A stretch of 64,000 bases of DNA from an uncultured Chloroflexia bacterium (GCA_963826685.1 CAWGYC010000016.1:14849-78848); one strand, 5' to 3'; counted from the first letter of the stretch, positions 45,905 to 56,885 are shown. Notes: generated by a model not told the origin, from the sequence alone. Numbers and translations: made by a program.

Positions 45905-46474
45905 ATGCGCAAAGTTATTCTGCTCATGCACGTATCACTCGACGGCTTCGTCGCGGGACCGAACGGCGAAATGGACTGGATTCGCTTCGATGACGACCTC
46001 GAAGCCTATGTCCATCAACTCCACGCCACCACCGACACCGCAATCTACGGACGCAAAACCTTTCAGATGATGGCGGGTTACTGGCCCACCGTGCTCGATG
46101 ACCCCGAAAGCACGCCGGGGGCGCGCGATCACGCTCGCTGGCTGCAAGCTGCGACCAAAATCGTGGTCTCGACGACGATTGACCAACCGGCGTGGGCGAA
46201 GACGGTCGTGCTGCGCGAGAATTTCGCCGAAGAACTGGCGAACATGAAGGCGCAGCCCGGCAAAAACCTCTGGCTGATCGGCAGCCCGACGCTGGTGCAC
46301 AGCTTGATGCTGCATGACTTGATCGACGAGTATCGCCTCAACGTCAACCCGGTCGCCATCGGCAGCGGCATTCCCCTGTTCGCCGGGTTGGAGCAGTCGG
46401 TCGATCTGCGCCTGCTGGAGACGAAAACCTTCGACGGCGTCGTGGCGCTCCGCTACGAACGGGCGCGCGACTAA
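45905..46474 (+). CDS. dihydrofolate reductase-family (RibD C-terminal-like) protein
   Basis: MRKVILLMHVSLDGFVAGP...IYGRKTF...LIDEYRLNVNPVAIGSGIPLF. Confidence 0.92.
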   Translation: MRKVILLMHVSLDGFVAGPNGEMDWIRFDDDLEAYVHQLHATTDTAIYGRKTFQMMAGYWPTVLDDPESTPGARDHARWLQAATKIVVSTTIDQPAWAKTVVLRENFAEELANMKAQPGKNLWLIGSPTLVHSLMLHDLIDEYRLNVNPVAIGSGIPLFAGLEQSVDLRLLETKTFDGVVALRYERARD

Positions 46475-46657
46475 ATGCTGCATGATGACCTATCATAGGC
46501 TAGTAGTCCATCAAGAAAATAAGCTGAGGTACCGATTGACCTCACCCGCTTCGCTGCGCTCAGCCGCCCTCTCCACTTTGTGGAGAGGGCACGACCGTTA
46601 GGTCGGGGTGAGGTGTCTTTAAACTACAAGAAACCTTCTTGATAAGGTTAAGTACTG

Positions 46658-47177
46658 GAAATGTCTTAAGTCGTCCCCAGCATAAGGTCAGCAGCCCAGA
46701 CCCAGACTATGCGCTCAAAAAAAGGCGATCGAGCAGAAAAGAGATGGGCTAGAGCGCCAGGCGGTGTTTTACTATGCCGATGAATTCAATGTCACCTGGT
46801 TGCCCACGTTGCGGGCGATGTGGAGTCCCAAAGGACAGCAGATCATGATCCCGACACCCCACCAGCAAACCAAGCATTATGGCATCGGCGCAGTCAATTA
46901 TCATACCGGGCAGATAGTGGCTTTGATTCGCCCGCATAAACGTCGTCAGGAGATTGCGGAATTGCTCCAAAAGCTCTTGGACATCCACCCTACAGAAACG
47001 ATTTACGTGGTCTGGGACAATGCCACTACTCACCAGGATGATGCGATTGAGGCGTTGTTACGTGCGGCGGCGGGACGCTTGGTGCTGCTCTATCTACCCA
47101 CCTACAGCCCCTGGCTCAATCCCATCGAAATGCTGTGGCGGCATCTGCGCCGAGTGGTGACACATTGCGTAGAGTAA
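46658..47177 (+). mobile_element. IS630-family transposase remnant (DDE portion, truncated at both ends)
   Basis: YADE...VVWDNA..H...YLPTYSPWLNPIEMLW DDE motifs; upstream frame PQHKVSSPDPDYALKK joined through an A7 run at about 46717. Confidence 0.85.
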
Positions 47178-47187
47178 GGAGAACGAA

Positions 47188-47772
47188 ATGAGTAAAGTGT
47201 TCTTCGCCATGGGCATTTCACTGGACGGTTTCACCGCTGGAGCGAACGTTGGTGTTGAGGAACCGATGGGTATAGGGGGTGAGCGGCTTCATGATTGGTT
47301 GTTCGCTCACAAGACAGAAGAAGAATCCCTAGCCTTCCAGAATGAGGCATTCGAGCGGGTGGGGGCGGTCATCATCGGCAGGCGTACTCTCGATCTCGGA
47401 CTTGATCCTTGGGGAGACAACCCGCCTTATCATGCGCCCTGTTTTATCGTCACGTCGACGCCGCATGAGACGATTGTCAAAGCAGGCGGTACGTCGTTTA
47501 CCTTCGTTACCGACGGGATCGAAAGCGCGCTTGAGCAAGCAAGGGCAGCCGCCGGCGGCAAAGATATTCGGGTGTTGGGCGGCGCGACTCTCGCTCGGCA
47601 ATACCTAAAAGCAGGACTGTTGGACGAAATACAGATCGATCTGGTGCCTTTACTGCTTGGCGGCGGAACCCGCTTGTTCGAGGATGTCGGCAGCCAAGCG
47701 ATTGAACTAGAGCAAACCAGCGTTGTAGCAGAACCGGGAGTCACTCACCTCACCTATCGCGTCCTCAAGTAA
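47188..47772 (+). CDS. dihydrofolate reductase-family (RibD C-terminal-like) protein
   Basis: MGISLDGFTAG, IIGRRT, VLGGATLARQYLKAGLLDEI..LLGGGTRLF. Confidence 0.92.
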   Translation: MSKVFFAMGISLDGFTAGANVGVEEPMGIGGERLHDWLFAHKTEEESLAFQNEAFERVGAVIIGRRTLDLGLDPWGDNPPYHAPCFIVTSTPHETIVKAGGTSFTFVTDGIESALEQARAAAGGKDIRVLGGATLARQYLKAGLLDEIQIDLVPLLLGGGTRLFEDVGSQAIELEQTSVVAEPGVTHLTYRVLK

Positions 47773-47818
47773 GCGACGCGCCCGTCGATAACTTTTCGAC
47801 GCGCCGGTAGCTGCTGCG

Positions 47819-47855
47819 ACTGCCCGCCGCCCGCTTCGGGTTGGCGGGCAGTTTT
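47819..47855 (+). terminator. intrinsic terminator-like hairpin
   Basis: ACTGCCCGCC...GGCGGGCAGT followed by T residues. Confidence 0.65.
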
Positions 47856-47933
47856 GCGCCGCCGAGTCTCCTATCTCTACAATGGGTTATGTGAAGCTAT
47901 AATCGCCTGAGTGTAGAGCCTTAGGGATGACCG

Positions 47934-49563
47934 ATGGACACTATCGAGAGCCAGATCAACCCGGAAGACGAGCGTTTCAAGGCGAACGCCGCCCATAACC
48001 GCGCGCTGGCGGCGGAACTGCGCCAACGGTTAAGCCTCGTCCGCGAGGGCGGTGGCGAGCGCTACCGCCAGCGCCAGCAGGAGCAGGGCAAGCTGTTCGT
48101 CCGCGACCGGGTGGATCGGCTGCTCGACCCCGGATCGCCGTTTCTGGAGATCGCGCCGCTGGCGGCGTGGGGCATGTATGAGGACGAAGGCGGCGCGCCG
48201 TCGGCGGGCATCGTGGCAGGCATCGGGCGGGTCAGCGGGGTCGAGTGCCTGATCGTCGCCAACGACGCGACGGTCAAGGGCGGCAGCTATTTCCCGCTGA
48301 CGGTCAAGAAGCATCTGCGCGCCCAGCAGATCGCGCTCGAAAACAATCTCCCCTGCCTCTATCTGGTGGACAGCGGCGGGGCGTTCCTGCCGATGCAGGA
48401 CGAGGTTTTCCCCGATGCCGACGACTTCGGGCGCATCTTCTACCATCAGGCGATCATGAGCGCGGCGGGCATCCCCCAGATCAGCGCGGTCATGGGAAGC
48501 TGCACGGCGGGCGGCGCTTACGTCCCGGCGATGTCCGACGAGACCGTGATCGTCAACGGCACCGGCACGATCTTTCTGGGCGGTCCCCCGCTGGTCAAGG
48601 CGGCGACCGGCGAGGAAGTCAGCGCCGAAGACCTCGGCGGGGCGCTGGTGCATACGCGCATTTCCGGCGTCGCCGATCACTTCGCCGAGGACGACGATCA
48701 CGCCCTGGAAATTCTGCGCGACATCGTGGCGACGCTCAACCGATCCGCGAAAGCCGCGCCGCCGCAGCCGAGCGAAGACCCGCTCTACGATCCACAGGAG
48801 TTGTACGGCATCCTTCCGGCGAGCTTCCGCGAGACCTACGACGCCCGCGAACTGATCGCGCGGATCGTGGACGGCAGCCGCTTCCGCGAGTTCAAAGCCA
48901 ACTACGGCACGACGCTGGTCACGGGTTTCGCCGCCATCGAGGGCTACCCGGTCGGCATCCTCGCCAACAACGGCGTGCTCTTCAGCGAGTCGGCGCTCAA
49001 GGGGGCGCACTTCGTCGAACTCTGCACCGCGCGCAACATTCCGCTGCTGTTTCTGCAAAACGTGACCGGCTTCATGGTCGGGCGCGAGTACGAAGCAGGC
49101 GGCATCGCCAAAGACGGCGCGAAGCTGGTGCACGCCGTCGCCAACGCCGCCGTCCCCAAGCTGACGGTGATCGTCGGCGGCAGTTTCGGCGCGGGCAATT
49201 ACGGCATGTGCGGGCGCGCTTACAATCCGCGCTTTCTGTGGATGTATCCCAACAGCCGCATCAGCGTGATGGGCGGCGAGCAAGCCGCCAACGTCCTCTT
49301 AACCGTCAAGCTCGATCAAATGGCAAGGCGAGGTGATCCACAAGCGGGAGATGACCATGATGACAAGCGAAGAGCAGGAGGCGTTCAAAGCGCCGATTCT
49401 GGAAAAGTACGAGCGCGAAGGCAGCCCCTACTACTCGACCGCGCGCCTGTGGGACGACGGCATCCTCGACCCGCCGGAGACGCGGCGCGTGCTCGGTCTC
49501 GCCCTCAGCGCCTGCGCCAATCAGCCGAGCCGCGCGACGAAGTACGGTGTTTTCAGGATGTAA
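47934..49563 (+). CDS. methylcrotonyl-CoA/acyl-CoA carboxylase beta subunit (carboxyltransferase), frameshifted near 49330-49360
   Basis: [42 protein letters not shown]. The true C-terminus ([17 protein letters not shown]...YGVFRM) is in ORF 49333..49563. Confidence 0.88.
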
Positions 49564-49622
49564 GGCGAAAAGCTGGATTAGTCTTAGTTCTTTCAAACTT
49601 TGATATCATCACAGGATTGACA

Positions 49623-50490
49623 ATGGATACGTTTGACCTGAATTGGCGCGAGACGAAGGGTCTCCATAAACAATGATAAGGACTGATACGCGATCTTAGG
49701 TGGTGTAGCCATCGAATATTATTGGCTATTTCAGGATGGATGCTATTCAACGGTGACACAGGATACCAAACGAATTTGTTTACGAGTGTGGTATCAGGAA
49801 TTTTTACAATTACGTGCTAGATCGACGTGCGGAACAAAGAGAAAGACAACGCCTAAAGAACTCGCTGATTTATCGCGTAAGTAGCGAGGTTCACGCAGAA
49901 GCAATCCGAGCAATAGAAGAACTGGTCATCAAGGGTGGTTACATGATGGATCACTAAGGTGGCGCGATGCTTCATCGCGCAAATTTAGAGAACGTAAGTT
50001 TGGAGGCTGTAGGTTTTGAGCTAGATCCACCACATCGTAATAGGCGGATATGACCTATCTGGAACAAATTTAAGCCAAGCGAGGATATCGCGTAAAATCA
50101 TGGCATTATCGAAAAATGAGTGGTATACGTGCACAAATCGCTGTTTGGCGGCACGCCTTGACGACGCTCGAACTGATTGCGAATTGCAGCCTTAAGAGAA
50201 CGTAAATCTTTACTTGGCTGCATTTGTCGCGGCTGCAAACTTATGAACGTGCAACGTAACTCGGGTCGAAATCCGATGCAGGGTAGTGAAATGCGATGAG
50301 GATACAATACTTCGGACGGCAAGACGCCGGTAAGCTGATCGGAAATATTGCCGAATTTCGGTGCAATAACTTTCCAGACCATTGGAGCCTGCCTGATTGT
50401 GTAGAACAGATATTCAAATCTCATAGAAGATCACGCCGAAGAAGTAAGCTGAGATACACAAGTTCGGCGGTTCAGGATGTAAGTTGAGCG
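49623..50490 (+). pseudogene. multiply frameshifted pentapeptide-repeat membrane protein, or a low-accuracy sequence of one
   Basis: Fragments in shifting frames: GYQTNLFT, VLDRRAEQRERQRLKNSLIYRVSSEVHAEAIRAIEEL, HQGWLHDGSL, GAMLHRANLENVSL, LSGTNLSQAR. End approximate. Confidence 0.55.
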
Positions 50491-50543
50491 TCTACGAGAA
50501 AAGACCCATCAGCTACGTATTACGACTATTGTGAATGAGACTT

Positions 50544-51106
50544 ATGTGCTGACAATCAGATCATCCCCTACGACGAACTAGAGATTGAACCGCTCGATCA
50601 AGCGGAGATCGAGCGGCGCGCGCCCGAGCTGGTACGAGACGTGGCGCGAGCGCATCCGCCAGTGGATCGCCGATCATGCCGCCGACGATCTCGCCGAGAT
50701 CGTGCTGCTGGTGCCCGATCTGCTGGTGCTGCTGCTGCGCCTCGCCCGCGATCCGCGCGTGCCGTGGACGCTCAAGGGGCAGCTTTTGCTGGCGGCCGCC
50801 TACGTGATCAGCCCGTTCGACCTGATGCCGGAGGCGCTGCTGGGCGTGATCGGCTTGGCGGACGACGCGGGGGTGTTGGCGCTGGTGCTGATGTGGCTCA
50901 AGGGCGTCACCAGCGTCGATCAGCAAGTGCTGCGCGACAACTGGTCGGGGCGCGACGACGTGATCACGGTGATCGACAGGCTCAACGCGAAGATCGCCGA
51001 GAACGCGGATCGGCTGTTCAGCGACAAGGTGTGGCGCAAGCTGCGCCAGCGCTTCGCTAAAGGCGAAAAGCGGCGGTTTTCGCTGCGGCGAGGGCGTCGC
51101 TGGTGA
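50544..51106 (+). CDS. YkvA/DUF1232 family membrane protein (5' end has two apparent +1 indels)
   Basis: DPRVPWTLK..LLAAAYVISPFDLMPE..GVIGLADD. The N-terminus M.DNQIIPYDELEIEPLDQAEIERRAPSWYE is recovered by removing two bases. Confidence 0.82.
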
Positions 51107-51580
51107 CGAAGTGTGAAGCCTATTCCATAATTACATGAAATTCATAAAAAATTCCGTTTATTTCTTATAACTTACCCTATACTTTAGACAAATGAAAAAC
51201 AAACTATCGACCAAGGGTGCTTAGGACCGAGCGCACCCGGTGTTGTCGTCGGGCGGCAGGGCGCGCTCAAGCGTAGGTAGGGGACTGATCGACTTGCTGA
51301 CAAAACCTCACCCCCCGACCCCCTCTCCATTATATGGAGAGGGGGAGAAGTGCAGGACAACAACGTGATTTCAAGGTCAGCGATCCGCAAAATTGGCGAA
51401 ACGCAAAACGCTTAAATCACCTTAGTTATAACAATCCCGTAACAAGGATTGAAAGTTTTCTCAGAAACCGGATAATGTTTTACAAGCGCTTACAATTCTC
51501 TAGGATTAGGGTTAGTCCCGTTTGAGCGGCGGGGAATGTTCGATGGTTACGTCCGTCACCGATACGATGAAGTGAGATCG

Positions 51581-53092
51581 ATGAAGCTGTTCGTCAGTTA
51601 TGCGCGGGTGGATAAAAAATACTGCGACCAGATTATCGGGCTGCTCGACATCCACGACGTCTGGCACGATCAGCGCTTGCGGGTCGGGCAGAAGTGGTGG
51701 GACGAGATCGTCCGGAAGCTGCATTGGAGCGAGGGCTATATCTACCTGCTTTCCACCAACTCGGCGTCGTCGGAATACTGCCGCCGCGAATTTGAAATTG
51801 CCCAGAGCCTCAACAAGCCGATCTTTCCGGTGCTGATCCAGCGCGGCACGGAGATTCCAGAGCAGTTGTGCAGTATGCCCTGCATCGACTTGAGCGATCA
51901 ACTGGACGTGCAAGGGGTCAAAGCGCTGCTGACGACGCTCTGGCGGGTCGAGCGGGAGATCGTCGCTCATCCGCCGGTTGTGCCGCCGATGCCAGCGGCG
52001 CCACCCTCTGAGCCGGAGATCGGCGGCGCGGCGCTGCTCGACGAAGCCGTCCGCGCCTTCGAGCGCTGCGACTACGACAAAGCGGTCTTTCTGCTCAAGA
52101 AGGTGCAGGAGAGCTTGTATACGCCGCGCTTCATCAGCGTAGAGGCGATGCTGCGGCAGGCGGAAGCGGGACTCGAACGGCAGGCGTACCTGCGCGACGC
52201 GCAGCGTGAATACGCGCCGATTGCCCGGATGATGCGCAACGAAACCTCGCGCTCGCTGGGCTGTGCCTCGTTTCGGGCGTTTCAGGCGTCGTTCCCCGAT
52301 TACGACCCGGAAAACTTGGCGGAAATCTACGAGCAGACGATTCACGCGCGCCCGCCGTTCAACTTCGAAAAAGCCATGCCGATGCTGGAGTGGTGCCGCA
52401 TCCCGGCGGGCAAAGTGATGATCGAGCGCAACCACTCGAAAAAGACGTTCGACGTGCCGGAATTCCACTTGAGCAAGTATCCGGTCACGAACGCACAGTT
52501 CCAATCGTTCATCGACGCGCCCGACGGCTACAAGAATCCCGCGTGGTGGCAGTCGTCGCCGGAGGTGCAGCGCTGGCACGTCGAGCACGCTACCGCGATT
52601 GCCTCAGCCGCCAACCGCGACGGTCACCCGCGCGCCTTCGTCTGTTGGCACGAGGCATCGGCGTTCTGTCAGTGGCTGTCGTTCAAGACCGGCTGCTCGA
52701 TCAAGCTGCCGACCGAGCAGCAGTGGCAGCGCGCCGCTCAGGGCGATAGTAACAGCGCCTATCCTTGGGGTGCGCGCTTCGACAAGACGCTGTGCAACTG
52801 CAAAGAAGCCGAACTGCGCGGGACGACGCCGGTCACGCAGTACCCCAAGAGCGCCAGCCCCTACGGCGTCTGCGATCTGCTGGGCAATGTATGGGAGTGG
52901 TGCGCCAACGGGCACGCCGTCGGCGACATCACCGACGTGAGCGTCGACATTCAGCGGGTGGTGCGCGGCGGCTCGTTCATGAGTTCCAAGCGGCGGACGA
53001 ACATCAATTTCTTCTACTACCTCAATCCGCTCTACCGCTACCAGTCGATTGGCTTCCGCATCGCCCGCGAAGTCGATGCCAATTCCAAGTAA
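51581..53092 (+). CDS. TIR domain + helical linker + formylglycine-generating enzyme (SUMF1/FGE) domain protein
   Basis: LFVSYAR...VWHD...SEYCRREFEIA (TIR); YPVTNAQF..F, LPTEQQWQRAA, YGVCDLLGNVWEW, VVRGGSF, IGFRI (FGE). Confidence 0.9.
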   Translation: MKLFVSYARVDKKYCDQIIGLLDIHDVWHDQRLRVGQKWWDEIVRKLHWSEGYIYLLSTNSASSEYCRREFEIAQSLNKPIFPVLIQRGTEIPEQLCSMPCIDLSDQLDVQGVKALLTTLWRVEREIVAHPPVVPPMPAAPPSEPEIGGAALLDEAVRAFERCDYDKAVFLLKKVQESLYTPRFISVEAMLRQAEAGLERQAYLRDAQREYAPIARMMRNETSRSLGCASFRAFQASFPDYDPENLAEIYEQTIHARPPFNFEKAMPMLEWCRIPAGKVMIERNHSKKTFDVPEFHLSKYPVTNAQFQSFIDAPDGYKNPAWWQSSPEVQRWHVEHATAIASAANRDGHPRAFVCWHEASAFCQWLSFKTGCSIKLPTEQQWQRAAQGDSNSAYPWGARFDKTLCNCKEAELRGTTPVTQYPKSASPYGVCDLLGNVWEWCANGHAVGDITDVSVDIQRVVRGGSFMSSKRRTNINFFYYLNPLYRYQSIGFRIAREVDANSK

Positions 53093-53209
53093 AACTGCAT
53101 GATCGCGCAGGTTGCGATGCCGTACAATGGGAACAAGTTGTCAAAGGGCGTTACATGTAACGCCCCTACCAAGACCTGCCCGTGAATCCTGCTGGATGCA
53201 ATACTGACG

Positions 53210-54115
53210 ATGACTGAGACTCCTCGCGCGCGCCGGACGTGGCGCGAACACGGTAAATCGTTTTTAGGCGCGCTGCTGATCGTCGCCGTGACCTTCGGCG
53301 CGATTGAGTTGGGGCTGCGCTGGATCGATCCGTGGGGGATACGCTACTTCACCGATCTGGAAACGCTGGCAAACAACATTTTTACGCCTGATCCGCTGCG
53401 CGGTTACACGCTGCGCGACGGCGTGTATCACCTGAGCAACTGGACACTGACGGTCGCCGACGACGCCCGCGTCATCCCGACGACGGCAGCCAGCGCCGCC
53501 TGCGAGGTCGCCATTCTGGGCGATTCGGTGGCGATGGGCAACGGCGTCAGCGACGATCAGGTCTGGATCAACCAGATCGCGCCGAAGTACCCGAACGTCC
53601 GCTTCGTCAACTACGGCGTGACTCAGTACAACAGCAGCAACGTGCTGGGTACGCTGCATAAATACCCCGATGCCGACGCCTACCTGTACCTGATCATTTA
53701 CAACGACGTGAACCCGGCGATTGACGTGACGACGCAGCGTTTCAGCGGGGCGCGCTCCAACGAGCTGATGATGATCCGCTACCTGAACTTCGCTCTGTAT
53801 CACGGCGGGGACAGCGACCGTCCGACCTTCGACGATCCGGCGGCGCTGCTGCCCGAAACGCCGGATTCCGAGCGATTCTTCGCCGATCTTGACCAAATTA
53901 CGGCGGATTCGCGGGTGACGCTGGCGGCATTCGCCGACGAACCGCTGACCAACAGCATCGCCGCGAAGGGGTACAACGTTAGCGTGCTGCCGCCGTATCC
54001 GGGCGAATATCGCAACAGTTACACCGACTATCACCTCAATCCGCAGGGCAACGCGGTGCTGGCGGGGATGCTCGATCCGACGATTGGGGCGATGGTCACA
54101 GGCGCGTGCGGGTGA
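53210..54115 (+). CDS. membrane-anchored SGNH/GDSL hydrolase-like protein
   Basis: N-terminal TM; ILGDSVAMG; NYGVTQY; DYHLNPQGN. Confidence 0.8.
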   Translation: MTETPRARRTWREHGKSFLGALLIVAVTFGAIELGLRWIDPWGIRYFTDLETLANNIFTPDPLRGYTLRDGVYHLSNWTLTVADDARVIPTTAASAACEVAILGDSVAMGNGVSDDQVWINQIAPKYPNVRFVNYGVTQYNSSNVLGTLHKYPDADAYLYLIIYNDVNPAIDVTTQRFSGARSNELMMIRYLNFALYHGGDSDRPTFDDPAALLPETPDSERFFADLDQITADSRVTLAAFADEPLTNSIAAKGYNVSVLPPYPGEYRNSYTDYHLNPQGNAVLAGMLDPTIGAMVTGACG

Positions 54116-54137
54116 GCAACCAACCTCACCCCTAAAT

Positions 54138-54343
54138 AGGCTTGTCCGGTACTCGAATCAGCATCATTTGTCTCTTGCTGCCGCTGCTGACCCCACCCCC
54201 GACCCCTCCCCGACTTCAGGGAGGGGAGCGTACACGCCGTTGGCTGCCGACACGCTGCGTTTTTCCTGAAGCTGCGAGGCAAGTGCCGACGATTCGGGGC
54301 ACGGTTAGGGAGCACGGCTATGTATTGAATACCGGACAAGCCT
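54138..54343. mobile_element. MITE-1 copy 3
   Basis: 206 bp, TIRs and TAAAT flanks. Confidence 0.85.
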
Positions 54344-54474
54344 TAAATCCCCTCTCCATGCAATGGAGAGGGGGAGAAAAGCAATTTCTCTAATTCGCTA
54401 AACTGCATTATCGCTCCTCGATAGTCCACGACCATGTAGCGGGCGAACACATAGGTTCGCCCCTACAGAGATCG

Positions 54475-55575
54475 TTAGAACACGATCACGCCGCGCGCGA
54501 CGGTGCCGGTCAGCATTTCGGCGAAGGCTTCGTTGATCTGATCCAGCCGCCAGTGGCGCGAGACCAACTCATCCAATTTCAATTTGCCGTCGACGTAATA
54601 GTCGAGCAGCAGCGGGAAGTCGCGGCGAGCATCGACCGAGCCGTAGTAACTGCCCTTGATGGTCTTCTCCTCGCGCGTGATGATCGCGCCGGGGAGGTTG
54701 GTCGCCGACCCCATCGGCGACAAGCCCGCCAGCACCACCGATCCGCCGGGACGGGCGGCGGCGAACGCCAGTTCTTGGAGCGCGGGCAGCCCGACCGCCT
54801 CGAACGACCGATCCGCGCCGCGCCCGCCGGTGAGGGCGCGCACGTCGTCCACGACTTGATCGCTGGCGACGATGAAATCGGTCGCGCCGAACTGCCGCGC
54901 CAGCGACTCCTTCGCCGGGTTGGAATCGACGGCGATGATCGTGCTCGCGCCCGCCAGCGCCGCGCCCTGCAGCGTGTTCAAGCCGACGCCCCCGCAGCCG
55001 ATCACGACCACGCTTTCGCCCGCCTGCACTGGCGAGGTGTAGAGCGCCGCGCCGACGCCGGTCGCCACCGCGCAGCCGACCAGCGAGGCGGTGGTCAGGG
55101 GCACGTCGCGGCGCACGGGGATGCAGCTTTGCTCCGGCACAACGGTGTACTCGGCGAAAGCAGCCAACCCGCAGTAGGCGTAGACCGGATCGCCATTGCG
55201 CGAGAGGCGCGTCGTGCCGTCGAGCATGGTTCCCGCCCAGATCGGCGCGGTGAAGGTGTCGCAGAGGTTGGGCTGATCGTGCTGGCAGTAGAAGCACTCG
55301 CCACAGGCGGGGCACCAGTTGAGGACGACGTGATCGCCGACCTGAACGTGAGTCACGCCGCTGCCGACCGTCTCGACGACGCCCGCGCCCTCGTGCCCGG
55401 CGACGACCGGCAGCGGGTGCTTGGTCGATCCGCTGACGAGGTGGTAATCGCTGTGGCAGACGCCGCAGGCGGCGAGCTTGACGCGCACCTCGCCCGCGCG
55501 TGGGTCGGCGAGGTCAAGGGTTTCGATGGTGAAGGGGGTGTTCGGTTGGTGCAGTACGGCAGCTTGGATACGCAT
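54475..55575 (-). CDS. Zn-dependent alcohol dehydrogenase (MDR family)
   Basis: CGVCHSD, GHEGAG, CGECFYC..C, GCGGVG. Confidence 0.95.
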   Translation of the reverse strand: MRIQAAVLHQPNTPFTIETLDLADPRAGEVRVKLAACGVCHSDYHLVSGSTKHPLPVVAGHEGAGVVETVGSGVTHVQVGDHVVLNWCPACGECFYCQHDQPNLCDTFTAPIWAGTMLDGTTRLSRNGDPVYAYCGLAAFAEYTVVPEQSCIPVRRDVPLTTASLVGCAVATGVGAALYTSPVQAGESVVVIGCGGVGLNTLQGAALAGASTIIAVDSNPAKESLARQFGATDFIVASDQVVDDVRALTGGRGADRSFEAVGLPALQELAFAAARPGGSVVLAGLSPMGSATNLPGAIITREEKTIKGSYYGSVDARRDFPLLLDYYVDGKLKLDELVSRHWRLDQINEAFAEMLTGTVARGVIVF

Positions 55576-55669
55576 TGGTGAGTCCTTTGGTGTCGAATTG
55601 CGCTCGATTTTAACCCGCTCAGGGCGAGAATGCGCTACTCTAGACGATAGTTCGCCGGGAGGTAAGACG

Positions 55670-56644
55670 ATGCGTTCACCGATTTTGCGGGCGGAACTGC
55701 ACTATCAACGCTCTGGAGCCGGGGGACGGTCACGGCGCTGGTTCGTGCGGCTGATCTTTGGCATCGGGCTGGCGGTGTCGCTGTTGGTCGTCGGCATGGA
55801 GTTCTTGGCGGCGATAAGCTGGGAGTTCGGGCAGTTGTTGATCCAGTCGGACGCACTGATCGTGATCGTCGGTCACGTGCTGCCGAGCGTGATCCTGCTG
55901 CCGCTGACGCTGCTGGTGGACGTGGTGCTGGTGCTGCGGACGCTGCTGCTGGCGGCGGACGCCATCGCCCGCGAGCGGCGCGGTAGGACGTGGCAACTGC
56001 TGCTGCTGTCGGTGCAGACGCCGCGCCAACTTGTGATCGGCAAATGGTGGGCGACGGTGCTGCACTTCACGCCGCAGTATCTGCTGCTGGCGGCGCTGCG
56101 CGTTGGCGTGATCGTCTACATCGGGCTGGAACGCTACCGGATCGACTACTTCTATTACGGCAGCAATTCGCATCAATTCCTCATGCACACCCAACCGCTG
56201 ACGTTCCTCGTCGCGCCTTCGACGCTGATCCTCGGCGCGGCGGTGATCACGGCGTTTACGCTCGTCAATCTGCTGTTTACGGCGGCGCTCGGCGTGCTGA
56301 TCGCGGCGATCTGGCGCAGCGGGCATACGGTCGAGCAGATGATTCTCGCCGTTGTGCTGCGGGGCGTGCTGCTCGGTCTGCCTGCGCTGCTCTTGTGGAG
56401 CACCGTCGCGGGCAGTCCGTTTCCCGACGCCGTGCTGCGGCAGACCTTGAGCGTTTCGCTGGTCGACAACGGCACGCTGATCACGGCGGCGCTGCTGACG
56501 TCGCCGCGCAATCAACTCAACTTCCTGCTCACGCCGACGGGAACGGGCTTCTACCTGCCCACTTTGATCCCGTATCTGTTGAGCGGCTACGTTCTGATCG
56601 CGGGCGCTGCGCTGCTGATCGCGGTGCGGCGGGTAAAAAGATGA
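55670..56644 (+). CDS. ABC-2 permease-like membrane protein
   Basis: IARERRGRTWQLLLL...QLVIGKWW motif; RBS GGAGG. Confidence 0.8.
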   Translation: MRSPILRAELHYQRSGAGGRSRRWFVRLIFGIGLAVSLLVVGMEFLAAISWEFGQLLIQSDALIVIVGHVLPSVILLPLTLLVDVVLVLRTLLLAADAIARERRGRTWQLLLLSVQTPRQLVIGKWWATVLHFTPQYLLLAALRVGVIVYIGLERYRIDYFYYGSNSHQFLMHTQPLTFLVAPSTLILGAAVITAFTLVNLLFTAALGVLIAAIWRSGHTVEQMILAVVLRGVLLGLPALLLWSTVAGSPFPDAVLRQTLSVSLVDNGTLITAALLTSPRNQLNFLLTPTGTGFYLPTLIPYLLSGYVLIAGAALLIAVRRVKR

Positions 56645-56885
56645 CCCCACCCCCGACCCCTCCCCGAATTCAAGGAGGGGAGAGTGCCTTCGCCCGTTTC
56701 GGGTGTGCGTCGTCGAGCTGGATGATTGATCGAGAGGGCAGAGGTGAATTTGAACATCTTTATGCGTCGTTCTAGATAGTCATTCATTTTCTTGGCGTCT
56801 TGGCGGTTCACCCTCTCTTTTGGGTTTTGAATTGATCCTACTTTGGCGGTTTAATAGTAGAAAATTTGTTTGGTGGGGTGAGGCG

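Noticed and set aside
46500-46658. Third MITE with CTAGTAGTCCATCAAGAA left end around a REP
   Set aside because: Only 8 bp (TTCTTGAT) of the right end matches, there is no clear target duplication, and it is a single copy.
47934-49676. 580-aa carboxyltransferase with a novel C-terminus
   Set aside because: The canonical C-terminus is in another frame (49333..49563); the extension is frameshift read-through.
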